The notes: a model not told the origin generated them from the letters alone. A stretch of 64,000 nucleotides of DNA from an uncultured Thermoleophilia bacterium (GCA_963702475.1 CAVPCT010000003.1:768001-832000); one strand, 5' to 3'. Positions 32,610 through 43,177 are shown, numbered from the stretch's first letter. Made by a program: numbers and translations.

Positions 32610-34251
32610 ATGACCGTTCCGACGACGGTGCAACGCACCGTGGTGCCGGAGCCCGTCCCCGACGGCGCCCCCAAGCTGCTTCCGTACGAGCTGTCCAGGT
32701 ACCGGGAGTGCGGGTACGGGCGCTGGGCGTACGGCCCCGGCCTGCCTCACGAGCGCCGGCTCGACCTGCTGCAGCCGGCCGCCGCGGCTCGCGCGGGGCG
32801 GCCGGCCACCGCCGGGGCCCCTTCGGAGGCGCCGGCCGAGGGACGGCGGCCGGCGCCGCGCCGCCTCCTGCGCTTCTTCGCCATCACGGACATCCACATC
32901 ACCGACGTGCAGTCGCCGGCGCAGGCGATCCTGTTCGGCTACAAGGGCTTCCTCTCGTCGGCGTACTCGGGCGTCATGCTCTACACGCACCACGTCCTGG
33001 ACGCGGCCGTGCGCACGGTCAACGCCCTGCACGCCGAGGACCCGATCGACTTCGGCATCTCGCTCGGCGACACGTGCAACAGCACGCAGTACAACGAGCT
33101 GCGCTGGTACATCGACGTGCTGGACGGCGGGCGCGTCGACCCGGACTCGGGCCTGAAGGCTGGACGCGAGGCGCAGCCACGCGCGGCCTTCCTCGACGCG
33201 TACAAGGCCACCGGGCTCGATCCCTCGATCCCGTGGTACCAGACGCGCGGCAACCACGACCACTTCTGGACGGGGTTCCTGCGCGTGGACGACTACCTGC
33301 GGGCCACGTACACGGGCGAGACGCATCCTCGACCTGGGCAACGTCTTCGAGGACCCGCTGGGTCCGGACAGCCGCGGCTTCTACATGGGCTGCCTGGACG
33401 GTCGCACGCCGTACGGGGACATCTTCGGCCTGGGGCCGGTCGCCTCGTTCGCGACGCCGCCCAAGGTCCTCGCCGCCGACCCCGATCGGCGGTCGCTGAC
33501 GCCTCCGGACTGGGTGAAGGAGTTCTTCGTCACCACCTCCGAGCCTCGCGGCCACGGGTTCGATGAGGACGCCGCCGGGACGGGCTTCGGCTGCTACACG
33601 TTCGAGCCGAAGCCCGGCCTGCCCCTGCGTGTCCTGGTCCTGGACGACACGCAGCGGGACGACGAGCCCTACCACAACGGCTACGGGCACGTGTCGCTCG
33701 ACGCGGAGCGCGTCGCGTGGCTGCAGCGGGAGCTCGACCGGGGGCAGGCGGAAGGCGTGCTGATGGTCGTGGCCGCGCACTGCCCCATCGCCGTCGCGAA
33801 GCCGCCGCACCCGATGGCCTGGAGCGCCGCGGCGTGCGGCAGCGAGGAGGACCTACTGGCGAAGCTGCACGCCTGTCCCAACGTGGTCCTGTGGGTCGCG
33901 GGGCATCGACACTGCAACGCAGTCACACCGCTGCCGTCGCCCGACCCGGCGCGTCCGGAGCTCGGCCTCTGGCAGGTGGAGACCGCGTCGCTGCGGGACT
34001 TCCCCCAGCAGCTGCGCACGTTCGACCTCCGCCTCAACGGAGACGGCACCCTGTCGGTGTTCGCCACGGACGTCGACCCCGCGATCGAAGAGGGCGAGCC
34101 CGCCTGGACGTCGCGGACGTACGCGGTGGCCGCTCAGCAGATCTTCGGCAACGACGTGGGGTCGCCGCCGAGCGGGGCGTACAACGCCGAGCTGGTCGTG
34201 CCGCTGTCGCCCGCGATGCAGGCGAAGCTGGGCTCGCCGGCCGCATCGTGA
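32610..34251 (+). CDS. Metallophosphoesterase (TIGR03768-like), split by a +1 frameshift near 33324
   Basis: ITDIH, LGD, RGNHD in the first ORF; AAH and AGHRH in the second. Removing one C gives continuous TGETILDLGNVF. Confidence 0.8.
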
Positions 34252-34271
34252 ACCTTGCGCGCGCCGCGGTG

Positions 34272-34305
34272 CTGACGTACAGTCTTGGGCAAGACTGTAC
34301 GTCAG
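34272..34305. promoter_or_regulatory. Perfect 16-bp inverted repeat, putative TA operator
   Basis: CTGACGTACAGTCTTG-GG-CAAGACTGTACGTCAG overlapping the RBS. Confidence 0.7.
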
Positions 34306-34315
34306 GAGCGGCCAC

Positions 34316-34558
34316 CTGAACACGAAGCTCACACTCAGGCTCGACGAAGACCTCATCCGCCGCGCGAAGGAGTATGCCGACCGCTCGGGGAAGTCGGTGT
34401 CGGGGCTGGTCGCCGACTACTTCGCGATCCTCACGAGCGACTCGCCCCGGGAGGCGGGCTTCATCACCCCGCGCGTGCGCGGGCTGCTGGGGGCGATCGA
34501 GGGCAGCGGCGTTGACGAAGAGGACTATGAGCGGCACCTCCTCGAGAAGTACGGATGA
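34316..34558 (+). CDS. DUF6364-like RHH antitoxin (apparent CTG start)
   Basis: xNTKLTLRLDEDLIRRAKEYADRSGKSVSGLVADYF...YERHLLEKYG; AGGAG 7 nt before CTG; ATGA overlap with the PIN gene. Confidence 0.8.
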   Translation: MNTKLTLRLDEDLIRRAKEYADRSGKSVSGLVADYFAILTSDSPREAGFITPRVRGLLGAIEGSGVDEEDYERHLLEKYG

Positions 34559-34989
34559 GACTCCTGTTCGACACCAGTGTCGTCCTCGACGTGCTTCTCA
34601 AGCGTGAGCCCGACGCAGTCACTGCGGCCAAGCTCCTCTCGCTGGCCGACGCCGGCACGCTCGACGGCGTCTTGTGTGCCGGTGCGCTCACGACCGTCGA
34701 CTACGTGGTCGCGAAGGCCATCGGGGCGAGGCGCAGCCGCCGGCTCCTCGACGAGCTCCTCCGCATCTGCGCCATCGTGCCGGTCGACCGCGCCGTGCTG
34801 GAACGCGCCTTGCGGCTGGACTTCGACGACTTCGAAGACGCCGTCGTGCACGAGGCGGCGCGGGTTGCTGGCGCCGCGGCCATCGTCACGCGCGACGCCG
34901 CAGGCTTCTCGCGCGGCACCATCCCGGCGGTCCACCCGCTTGAGCTGCTCTCGTCACTGGCGGTCGCCGAGGTCGACGAGCCGGCCTGA
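34555..34989 (+). CDS. PIN domain (VapC-like) toxin
   Basis: MRLLFDTSVVLD, DFEDA, IVTRD. Confidence 0.9.
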   Translation: MRLLFDTSVVLDVLLKREPDAVTAAKLLSLADAGTLDGVLCAGALTTVDYVVAKAIGARRSRRLLDELLRICAIVPVDRAVLERALRLDFDDFEDAVVHEAARVAGAAAIVTRDAAGFSRGTIPAVHPLELLSSLAVAEVDEPA

Positions 34990-35174
34990 CTCGTAGCACG
35001 AGGCCGCCGCCGGTCTGCGGCCGGCGGCGGCCGGCCGCTGCGCGAGCCGCCCGTGTTCCAAGCCGCGGCAGCCACCGGTCGGCTGTCAGGCGCGAGGAGC
35101 TGCGCGCCGCCCCGGCGACCATCCAGACGGCCGCCGCTGGGTCGTGCTCGGCTGCCTGCTTCAGGATCCCCACC

Positions 35175-35204
35175 GAAACTCCGCGCGCTCCGCCGTGTCC
35201 AAAG
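35175..35204 (+). promoter_or_regulatory. Putative ECF sigma promoter (autoregulatory copy)
   Basis: GAAA-N16-GTGTCCAAAG; same spacing at 37328 and 43860. Confidence 0.65.
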
Positions 35205-35267
35205 CAAGAGGGATGGTGCGTCTCAACGCCGGTCCCTGCCGGGCGGTGGGTAAAGCAGAGGTGAGCC

Positions 35268-35879
35268 GTGGGAACGGGGGTCATGACCGTCAGGGGTCCC
35301 GATCTGGTGACTGCGGGCGGAGCCGGCGAGCGGGAGTCCGTACCGTCGTCCGTCGTCGCGGCCGCCCGCGCCGGGGACGCCGACGCGTTCATGGCTATCT
35401 ACGACGCCTACCACTCGCGTCTGCGCGGCCTCGCGTTCCGCACGCTCGGCGACGCCGGCCTTCTCGATGACGCGATGCAGGAGGTGGCCGTCAAGGCCTT
35501 CGTCGGGCTGCCCCACTTCCGCGGCGAGTGCGCCGTGGGGACCTGGCTGTTCCAGATCACCTACCGCACCTGTCTGAACCTCCAACGCGGGCGCGGCCGC
35601 TTCGTACCGCAGCCGGACGTCGAGGCACCGGCGGACGACACGACCGGAGACCCGGGGGAATCGGTGCTGCTGCACATCGAGCTGGCCGCCGCGCTGGCCT
35701 CGCTGACGGCCGTCCAACGAGCTGTGGTCTTCCTGGTCCTGGAGGAAGGGCTGGACCACCAGACGGCGGCGAGGGTGCTCGGCGTACCGCCCGGGACGGT
35801 CGCCTCGCGGCTGTCGGCGGCGCGCGCCGCCTTGGTCAAGTGCCTCGAGGACCCGCGACGCGACAGGGAGATGCGATGA
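35268..35879 (+). CDS. ECF RNA polymerase sigma factor
   Basis: DDAMQEVAVKA, FRGECAVGTWLFQI, GVPPGTVASRLSAAR. Confidence 0.9.
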   Translation: MGTGVMTVRGPDLVTAGGAGERESVPSSVVAAARAGDADAFMAIYDAYHSRLRGLAFRTLGDAGLLDDAMQEVAVKAFVGLPHFRGECAVGTWLFQITYRTCLNLQRGRGRFVPQPDVEAPADDTTGDPGESVLLHIELAAALASLTAVQRAVVFLVLEEGLDHQTAARVLGVPPGTVASRLSAARAALVKCLEDPRRDREMR

Positions 35880-37315
35880 GCGACGAGCAGGACAAGCGGC
35901 TGCGCGAGGCCCTGCGCGGGTTGCAGCCGCCGCCGCCCGACGCGGAGACCCGCGAGCGGGTCCGCGCCGCCGTCGCGAAGGCGGCGGCGGAAGCGACGCG
36001 CGCGCCCGCAGCGGCCACCCCGGCGGATGCGGCACGGCCGCGCTCGTGGCTACGGCACCCGTTCGCGGTCTTCGCCCGTCACCGCGGGCCGGCGCTCGGG
36101 CTCGCGGCCCTCGCCATCGTCGCCCTCGTCGCAGGCGTCCTGCTGGTCGGTACGCCGGGAGGCGGCGGGCCGGAGCCCGTCAGCGCCGGCCATGTCCTGC
36201 AGCGCGCTCTGCGCGCGCTCTCCTCCGGCCGCACGCTCTCCGCCGAGGTCATCGTCACGACACAGAAGCAGCTCGGCTGGACAACCGAGCCCGACTACGA
36301 CGTGGACCGCTACCGCCTCTGGCTCAAGGCGGACGGCAGCTACCGGCTCACTGGTCTGGGTCCGTCGCGGATCTTCTGGTTGCCGCGCGCCGGCTCGCAC
36401 CCGCCCGTCGACGTCGTCTTCGACGCGAGCACGGGTGTGCTCACCACGTACTCCCCCGGCCGGGGGGTCGTCGAGCACGCTGGCTACCCGCCCGGCCCAC
36501 CCGACCGCTGGGCAGGCCTCGTCACGGAGTACGATTTCAGCGCGGCCGGGCGCGCTCTTCAGGCCCTCGGGGGGGCTCGGCCGATATCGGCTTCGTACGA
36601 ACGTCGACCGGCCTGGGTCCTCACCTGCTCGCTGTACTCGGGGCCCTCTCGCCCGGCGATCACGGACGAGGGGTTCCATTTCGAGATCACGATCGACAAG
36701 GCGACCGCCTTCCCCGTCTGCTTCAAGGGGTTCTTGGACGACGATATGATGCTCGAGGTCCGCTACCGCGACGTGCGCGTCAACGCGCCACTGCCGGACG
36801 ACGCCTTCGCGCTGGAAGCCCCCACCGGTGCCCCAGTGAAGCGTGTGCAGGACGGCTTCCGCCGCATGACGGTCGCCGAGATCGCGAGGCTCCCCGGGTA
36901 CACGACGCTGGTGCCGGCGAGAGTACCACGCGGCTATGGCCTGACGTCGGCAGCGGCCGCCGCGCACGCCGTCACCGCGAACCGCCTCGTCAGGGGGCGC
37001 AACGTCGTGGCCCTGCAGTACTCTCGCGGCTTCGACAGCTTGACGGTGACCACGCGCAGGGTCGCAGACCCATGGCTCGCGACTGAGTACGACCCCTTGG
37101 AGCTGGACCAGTCGTGGGCGAGGCAGGTGGCCTGGCCGGCGGTCATCCCCGACGGCGCCTTCCGTGGCGTCACCGCACAAGTAGTCGTGGCGCCGGTGAC
37201 GACCACGCCGCACCTCTGGGCCGTCAAGGACGGTGTCCTGCTCACGGTCGCCGGCGCCGCGTCGGCCGAGGAGCTCGTTGCGGTCGCCGCCTCTTTGGAA
37301 CCCGCGAGCCGCTGA
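35876..37315 (+). CDS. Putative single-TM anti-sigma factor with LolA/RseB-like extracellular domain
   Basis: ATGA coupled to the ECF gene, one TM, then IDKATAFP...VRVNAPLPDDAF. Confidence 0.7.
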   Translation: MSDEQDKRLREALRGLQPPPPDAETRERVRAAVAKAAAEATRAPAAATPADAARPRSWLRHPFAVFARHRGPALGLAALAIVALVAGVLLVGTPGGGGPEPVSAGHVLQRALRALSSGRTLSAEVIVTTQKQLGWTTEPDYDVDRYRLWLKADGSYRLTGLGPSRIFWLPRAGSHPPVDVVFDASTGVLTTYSPGRGVVEHAGYPPGPPDRWAGLVTEYDFSAAGRALQALGGARPISASYERRPAWVLTCSLYSGPSRPAITDEGFHFEITIDKATAFPVCFKGFLDDDMMLEVRYRDVRVNAPLPDDAFALEAPTGAPVKRVQDGFRRMTVAEIARLPGYTTLVPARVPRGYGLTSAAAAAHAVTANRLVRGRNVVALQYSRGFDSLTVTTRRVADPWLATEYDPLELDQSWARQVAWPAVIPDGAFRGVTAQVVVAPVTTTPHLWAVKDGVLLTVAGAASAEELVAVAASLEPASR

Positions 37316-37327
37316 ACGGCGCCGGGC

Positions 37328-37357
37328 GAAAGTGCAGGGCCTGACCTGTGTCGAAAG
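37328..37357 (+). promoter_or_regulatory. Putative ECF sigma promoter
   Basis: GAAA-N16-GTGTCGAAAG. Confidence 0.65.
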
Positions 37358-37414
37358 GGTGGAGGGACAGCGCCTTGCGTAGGCCCTCCGCCCGGCGAGG
37401 CAGCGGAGGGGAGC

Positions 37415-39145
37415 ATGGTCATGAAGCTAGGTCCGAAGCTCGCGGGCACGATCGTCCTGGGCTTGTCGGCGCTGCTCGCCCTCGTTGTGGCGCTCGCCCT
37501 TGCCGCCTGCGACGACGCAGCGACGACGCACCCTGACGCGACCGCGACCGCCGGTGTCGCCGCTACCGCCTCGACCAGCGGCCCAGAAGCCGGGCCGACG
37601 CGCGTCGTATTCGTCGGCGCCCTGGACGTGGACCCCCGCGACCCGTCGGTCCTCTACGCCGCCACGACGGAGGGTCTCTTCAAGTCGGATGACGGAGCGG
37701 AGAGTTGGCACCGGCTCCCAGGGACGTTCAGAGGCTTCTACCGGACGGTCGCTGTCGATCCCGCCGCGCCCTCCACGATCTACGCGATCTACTTCAAGGA
37801 CGATGCCGTCCCTTCCGGGCGACTGCAGAGGTCCGATGACGGCGGCGCCACCTGGGTGAACCTGAGCGACGCACGCTCGCCACGGATCGACGGGTATGCG
37901 GTCGTGTGGTTCGATCTGACGGCGACCCCGTCCAGCGTCTACACGTGGGGCGTGACGTGTGGCGTGAAGGGCCGTGACTGGCACGTGTACCGGTCCTCCG
38001 ACCGTGGCGAGACCTGGACCAGAGACCGCACGGCCGAGCAGCGGGACCCGCCGTGGGACCCGGGCGACGTGCCCCGGCAGATGTCCGCCGCTGCGCGACA
38101 GGCGCTCGACGCGTTCATGGCCGAGTTCCAGCCGAGCGGCGGCCGTCCGCAGGCATGGATTCTCGACCACACCGCCGAGGCCGGTCCCCTGCTCAACATC
38201 TTCGGCCGGCCCCTCGTCGACCCGCGGGACCCCTCGGTCTTCTACGCGCGGACCATGGAGGGTGTCTACAAGTCCCTGGACGGCGGCAAGACCTGGAGGC
38301 GGGCGAGCGCAGGCCTCCGCGCGGCCCTGCCCGCTGTCCCGGCCACGCCGCCTCTGCCGGCGCCCATCGTCGCGGGCACTCTGGTCTTCGACAAGGTGGT
38401 CGATCCCGACACCCCCAACTACGACATCTTCCTCGTGAACAGCGATGGCACGGGCCTCAGGCAGCTGACGGACGACCCCGGCGTGGAAGAGCACCCCTGC
38501 TGGTCCCCCGACGGGAAGCGGATCGTCTACAGCGACTATGAGAAGGGCACGTTGCGGGTCATGAATGCGGACGGTTCCGGCGATGTCGCGTTGGGGGGAG
38601 GCGGAGCTCCTCACTGGTCTCCCGACGGTAGGCTCATCGTCTACAGCCGGGGGGACGGCGTCTACGTCATGAACGCCGACGGCAGCAGTCAGCGCCGCGT
38701 AGATACTCGGGGCCCCGCCGACACTCCGTCCTGGGGCCCGAACGGCACGATCGTCTTCGTCCGTGACGGCGACCTCTACGACGTCAACGTCGACGGCACG
38801 GGCCTCGTGCGGCTGACGCGGAACGCGGGGCTTCGTCAGTGCCTCGCCTCTCCGGACGGGAAGGGCATCGCCGCCTACGTGGTGGGCGAGGACCGCCTCG
38901 TGGTCATGCCCCTGCGCGGCGACGGCCCGACCGTGACACTGCTCCACCCGGCGCTGCCCTACATCCCCGACGGCGGCGAACCCACCGCCGGGTGGACCGC
39001 GGACGGCAGGGCGCTCGTCCTGGGCAGCAGCACCTGGGGGGAGAGGCTCGGCTCCCACCTCTACGTCGTCAACGCCGACGGCTCCGGACTCTCACAGGTC
39101 CCCCGGGTCGAGAACGCGCTGAGCGCGGCGTGGCGACCGGAGTAG
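37415..39145 (+). CDS. Lipoprotein with BNR/Asp-box repeats and TolB-like (PD40) beta-propeller
   Basis: Lipobox LAAC; SxDGGxTW repeats; WSPDG repeats. Confidence 0.85.
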   Translation: MVMKLGPKLAGTIVLGLSALLALVVALALAACDDAATTHPDATATAGVAATASTSGPEAGPTRVVFVGALDVDPRDPSVLYAATTEGLFKSDDGAESWHRLPGTFRGFYRTVAVDPAAPSTIYAIYFKDDAVPSGRLQRSDDGGATWVNLSDARSPRIDGYAVVWFDLTATPSSVYTWGVTCGVKGRDWHVYRSSDRGETWTRDRTAEQRDPPWDPGDVPRQMSAAARQALDAFMAEFQPSGGRPQAWILDHTAEAGPLLNIFGRPLVDPRDPSVFYARTMEGVYKSLDGGKTWRRASAGLRAALPAVPATPPLPAPIVAGTLVFDKVVDPDTPNYDIFLVNSDGTGLRQLTDDPGVEEHPCWSPDGKRIVYSDYEKGTLRVMNADGSGDVALGGGGAPHWSPDGRLIVYSRGDGVYVMNADGSSQRRVDTRGPADTPSWGPNGTIVFVRDGDLYDVNVDGTGLVRLTRNAGLRQCLASPDGKGIAAYVVGEDRLVVMPLRGDGPTVTLLHPALPYIPDGGEPTAGWTADGRALVLGSSTWGERLGSHLYVVNADGSGLSQVPRVENALSAAWRPE

Positions 39146-39202
39146 GGCCATCGGCCGCCCGGCTCAGAAGTCATGCGGCACGAGCGGGAAGGAGGCGTCG
39201 TC

Positions 39203-40546
39203 ATGAAACCACGTGCAGTGTCCTCGACGGCCGCCGTGGGACGGCGCGCGCACCCAGCCTCGGTCGTGGTCCTCTGCCTGGTCGTCCTCGGCCTCGGTGC
39301 GCTCAACCTCTGCGGCCTCTGCGCCTGCGGCGACACGGGCACGACGGCATCAAGCTCGCCGTCCGCCACCCGCCCGACGACGCCCCCTGCGGTCACGCCT
39401 GCCACTCCGACGGAGAACGCCGCGGCGGCCACTGGCGAGGAGCACGCGGCGATGCTCAGGGCCAACCTCGAGCGGACGGGGGTCTATCCCAGCGGCGGGC
39501 CGACACGGCGGCCCGAGCTGCTCTGGACCTTCAAGACGACCTCGGCCGCCTGGATGGAGCTCATCTCCTCCCCGGTCGTCGCGGACGGTGTGGCCTACGT
39601 CGGCAGCCAGGATTGCCGCCTCTATGCGGTCGACGTCCGCACTGGGCGGGAGATGTGGACGTTCAAAGCGGATGACTGGGTGCGCTCCCCGGCCGTCTCG
39701 CGCGGGGTCGTCTATGTCGGCAGTCATGACGGTTCTCTCTACGCGCTGCGTGCCAAGAGCGGCAGGGAGAAGTGGGAGTTCCGGACGAGGGCTGCGATCA
39801 CGTCCTCCCCGGCCGTCTCAGACAGCATGGTCTATGTCGGCAGCGAACACGGCGCTCTCTACGCGCTGAACGTCCGCGACGGCAAGGAGGTGTGGCACTT
39901 CAACACGGACGCTGCGATCTCCTCGTCTCCCGCCGTCTCCGACGGGGTGGTGTACGTCGGCAGCCATGACCACCACCTCTACGCGCTGGACGCCCAGTCC
40001 GGTCGGCAGAGATGGAAGTTCAAGGCAAGCGGTCCGGTCACGACCGAGGCCGCCGTCGCGGGCGACGTGGTCTACTGCGGCAGTTGGGACAGCCTCGGCA
40101 CTCCAGGTGCGTTCGGCCCCAGCGGTCATCATCTCTACGCGCTGGACGCCCGGACCGGCCGGCAGAGATGGGAGTTCGATCCGCACGGCGTGGTCACGTC
40201 CCCCGCCGTCGCAGGCGGGAACGCCTACGTCGGCAGCGATGACGGCAATCTCTACGCGGTGGACGTCCGGAGCGGCGTGGAGAAGTGGAGGTTCTGGGTG
40301 GGGCGGGGCTACGATGGGGTCCGGTCCTCGCCGGTCCTCTCCGGCGATGTGGTCTACTTCGGCAGCGGTGCGCCGCACCGCGCGCTCCATGCGCTGGATG
40401 CCAGCAGTGGCCGGGAGCTCTGGGCGCTCCCGGCTGGTGGAGAGATCGACGACTCCCCGACCGTCTCGGACGGGGTGGTCTACTTCGTCTATGTCAGCGA
40501 CGCCTCCGACCCCCTCCGCCGCGGCTGCCTCACGGCGGTGAAGTAG
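39203..40546 (+). CDS. Lipoprotein with PQQ-like beta-propeller repeats
   Basis: Signal peptide ending in CAC; repeated SSPAVxDGVVYVGS..LYALD...G...W. Confidence 0.88.
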   Translation: MKPRAVSSTAAVGRRAHPASVVVLCLVVLGLGALNLCGLCACGDTGTTASSSPSATRPTTPPAVTPATPTENAAAATGEEHAAMLRANLERTGVYPSGGPTRRPELLWTFKTTSAAWMELISSPVVADGVAYVGSQDCRLYAVDVRTGREMWTFKADDWVRSPAVSRGVVYVGSHDGSLYALRAKSGREKWEFRTRAAITSSPAVSDSMVYVGSEHGALYALNVRDGKEVWHFNTDAAISSSPAVSDGVVYVGSHDHHLYALDAQSGRQRWKFKASGPVTTEAAVAGDVVYCGSWDSLGTPGAFGPSGHHLYALDARTGRQRWEFDPHGVVTSPAVAGGNAYVGSDDGNLYAVDVRSGVEKWRFWVGRGYDGVRSSPVLSGDVVYFGSGAPHRALHALDASSGRELWALPAGGEIDDSPTVSDGVVYFVYVSDASDPLRRGCLTAVK

Positions 40547-40702
40547 GCACGCGTCGGGCGAGACGAGGGACCAGGAGGGAAGGGGCAAGGCCATGAAAGG
40601 GATCGGCAGATCAGGATCGCGGGCCCGCTCCAGCCGCGACCACGGTCAGCGGGAGGGCCGGCCGGCTTGAGATCCGGTGGGCCATTGGGGAAAGGAGAGG
40701 CC

Positions 40703-41740
40703 ATGGAGGGGCACCGTGGGTCAAGTGATGCGAAGGCAGCGATCATGCCGGCGCTGCTCGTCGTGCTCGCGGCGCTCGCCCTCGCCGCCTGCGGCGGCTC
40801 GCGCCAGAGCGACACCGCGGCAAGCTCGACGATTCCGTCGACAGCGGAGTCACCGGCGACCGCACCGCCCGCCGCCTCCGACCCCGCGCAGGTGGCGCGG
40901 ACCGAGGCGGTGGTGAGGTCAGTCATGACCTCATGGAACAACGCCTGGAGCGCCAAGAAGGACCGACGCGCTCGGTCGTCTCTGTACGCGGACGAGGTGC
41001 AGTACTACGACGCCGCCGCGGGCTACGCGCTGATCACCAAGAGCGACATGGACGCCATGAGTCAGGACCGCGACTGGTGGAAGGCCTTCCGGTTGACCCT
41101 GGAATCGTCCTTCGTCTCGGCCGACGGCCGCTTCGCCGCCACGCTGGGCAAGATCGCGCTGCGCGACGAGATGGGCGACCTGCCGTGGCAGCCGGCAGCC
41201 TCTGTGCTGGCGGTCGCGAACGACAAGATCGTCTGGGAGTGCGACTACTATGGCGGTGAGCGGTTCGTGGCCGGGCAGACGACGCCCATGCCGGCCATCC
41301 CGCCTGGTGTGGTCAAACCCGGATCCCCGGCGGCCGAGAGAGCCGTCGCCGAGGCGACGACCGCCATCGGTCGGTGGCTGGTCGCCTACAACGGCAGGGA
41401 CGCCGCGTCATTCCTGTCCTTCTACGCCGAGGACGCCAGGTACGTCGACCTCGTCAGCCCCAAGTGGCGCGTCATGACCAAGAACCAGCTTGCCGCCGAC
41501 GTCGCCTCGCTGTTTCCCCGGAATGAGTTCCAGTCCAAGCTCGAACCGTCGCCTGGGTCGGCCATGGATTCCGCCTACTTCGTGTCGCCCGACGGGCGCT
41601 TCGCTGCCGTGCAGGGAACCTACCTCGACCTGGGAGTGCCGGGCGGCCTGCCGATGCTGATCGTCATGGAGCTAGAAGCTGGCCAGATCGTCCGGCAGTA
41701 CAACTACGTCGCCATGGACCGGAGTCTGCTGGAGCCTTAG
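40703..41740 (+). CDS. Lipoprotein with two SnoaL/NTF2-like domains
   Basis: LAACGG lipobox; internal repeat YADEVQYYD...FVSADGRFAA / YAEDARYVD...FVSPDGRFAA. Confidence 0.75.
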   Translation: MEGHRGSSDAKAAIMPALLVVLAALALAACGGSRQSDTAASSTIPSTAESPATAPPAASDPAQVARTEAVVRSVMTSWNNAWSAKKDRRARSSLYADEVQYYDAAAGYALITKSDMDAMSQDRDWWKAFRLTLESSFVSADGRFAATLGKIALRDEMGDLPWQPAASVLAVANDKIVWECDYYGGERFVAGQTTPMPAIPPGVVKPGSPAAERAVAEATTAIGRWLVAYNGRDAASFLSFYAEDARYVDLVSPKWRVMTKNQLAADVASLFPRNEFQSKLEPSPGSAMDSAYFVSPDGRFAAVQGTYLDLGVPGGLPMLIVMELEAGQIVRQYNYVAMDRSLLEP

Positions 41741-41744
41741 GTGG

Positions 41745-41850
41745 CTCGAGAGGCGGGCCAGGCCGCTCGCCGTGCTCGTCGTGGCTGCGGCGCCGGCTCT
41801 GGCCGCCTGCGGCGGCGGCACGAGCGTGACCACCACCCGCCAGCATCTTC
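41745..41850 (+). pseudogene. Orphan lipoprotein signal-peptide remnant
   Basis: Reads RPLAVLVVAAAPALAACGGGTSVTTT with no start codon or intact body. Ends approximate. Confidence 0.4.
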
Positions 41851-42144
41851 GGGCGCCGGACAGGTCCAGCCCGTGGAGCGGCACGGCCGTCTGGGTGACG
41901 CGATCGTCCTCTCCGATGGGGGTGATGGGCAGCTGAGGCGACGGCCCTCGGGCTGAAGTCCGTGGCCACCGTCGCCACCCGCGTGTTGCGGCCGTTCGGG
42001 GCGCAGGGAAGACTGCAGCCATGCGCAGCACCGCAAGGGGGTCTACCGCACCGCCGGGCCGAACGGCACAGGGTCTGTCGCGCAGGAGCGGGCCGGCGCG
42101 CTCGCAGCTTGTCGCCGGTTCGTCAGCCCCTCGGAGGACCGCTG

Positions 42145-42717
42145 ATGGGGATCGTACCGATGTCCGCCCAGACCCTGCCGCAGGCCAAGGCCCTTGTCCA
42201 TCGTGTCTTCGGGCACGAAGGACCGGCGGGGTGGCTGTTCTTCTGGGCGTGGCCCCATCGCGACAGACCCGCGGCCAGACTCCTGCTCGCCCGGGTCGGT
42301 GTCGCCAGCCTCGGCGAGTTCTGGCTGGCGATCGACGATCACGGGCGGGTGGTGGGCACTGTCGGTCTGCACCGGTTCCGCCGGGACGCCAGAGAGGCTG
42401 TCTGGCTCTCGTGGTACTGCGTGGCGCCGGAGTCTCGGGGGCTGGGGATCGGGGCACATCTCCTGGACTATGCCATCGAGAAGGCCCGGGAGTCCGGAGC
42501 CAGGTTCCTCAGGCTGTACACCGGCGATGATCCTGTGATGGCCGAGGCGCAAGGCGCGTACGAGAGCCGTGGGCTGCGCGTCGCGCGAACCTACAACCTG
42601 GTCTTCCGGCGGGTGCTCCAACGGCAACTGGAGCTCGCGCAGGCCGACTGCCGTGACGGCGGCCCGGCACGGGCTCACAATGGCATCCGAACGGACGACC
42701 CTCCGGGTCGCCGCTGA
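42145..42717 (+). CDS. GNAT family N-acetyltransferase
   Basis: VAPESRGLGIGAHLL motif A; AYESRG. Confidence 0.85.
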   Translation: MGIVPMSAQTLPQAKALVHRVFGHEGPAGWLFFWAWPHRDRPAARLLLARVGVASLGEFWLAIDDHGRVVGTVGLHRFRRDAREAVWLSWYCVAPESRGLGIGAHLLDYAIEKARESGARFLRLYTGDDPVMAEAQGAYESRGLRVARTYNLVFRRVLQRQLELAQADCRDGGPARAHNGIRTDDPPGRR

Positions 42718-42753
42718 GGTCGAGCGCGTCAGGCGGACGAAAGGCGGGAGACG

Positions 42754-43155
42754 ATGGGACTCAAGGTCAAGCCCGGCCAGAAGCGCTCACCGCAAGATCT
42801 CGAGGCGGCGCTGATCGCCCCGTGCGGCATGGGCTGCGGCCTCTGCATGTGCTTCTTGAGAGAGAAGAACACCTGCGGCGGTTGCCGGGCCGGGGACGAG
42901 GGCAAGGCGAGATCGGTCCTGTCGTGCACGATCCGCACGTGCGCGACACCCCGGGAGAACACGTCTGGCTTCTGCTTCGAGTGCGAGACGTTCCCGTGCG
43001 CGCGCCTGAAGCGCCTCGACGCCCGCTACCGTGCCAAGTACCGCATGAGCGTGCTCGACAACCTCGCGCACATCGAGGCCGCAGGCGTCGATGCCTTCGT
43101 CGCAGCGGAACGCGACCGGTGGGCGTGCCCTGACTGGGCCGTGGCTCACTCATAG
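42754..43155 (+). CDS. DUF3795 Cys-rich protein (possibly C-terminally truncated)
   Basis: IAPCGMGCGLC, CGGCR, CTIRTC, FCFECETFPC. Confidence 0.8.
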   Translation: MGLKVKPGQKRSPQDLEAALIAPCGMGCGLCMCFLREKNTCGGCRAGDEGKARSVLSCTIRTCATPRENTSGFCFECETFPCARLKRLDARYRAKYRMSVLDNLAHIEAAGVDAFVAAERDRWACPDWAVAHS

Positions 43156-43177
43156 TGGCAGAAAGGCGGATCCGGCG

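Noticed and set aside
39540-40500. Repeated DNA motifs
   Set aside because: Explained by PQQ-like beta-propeller protein repeats.
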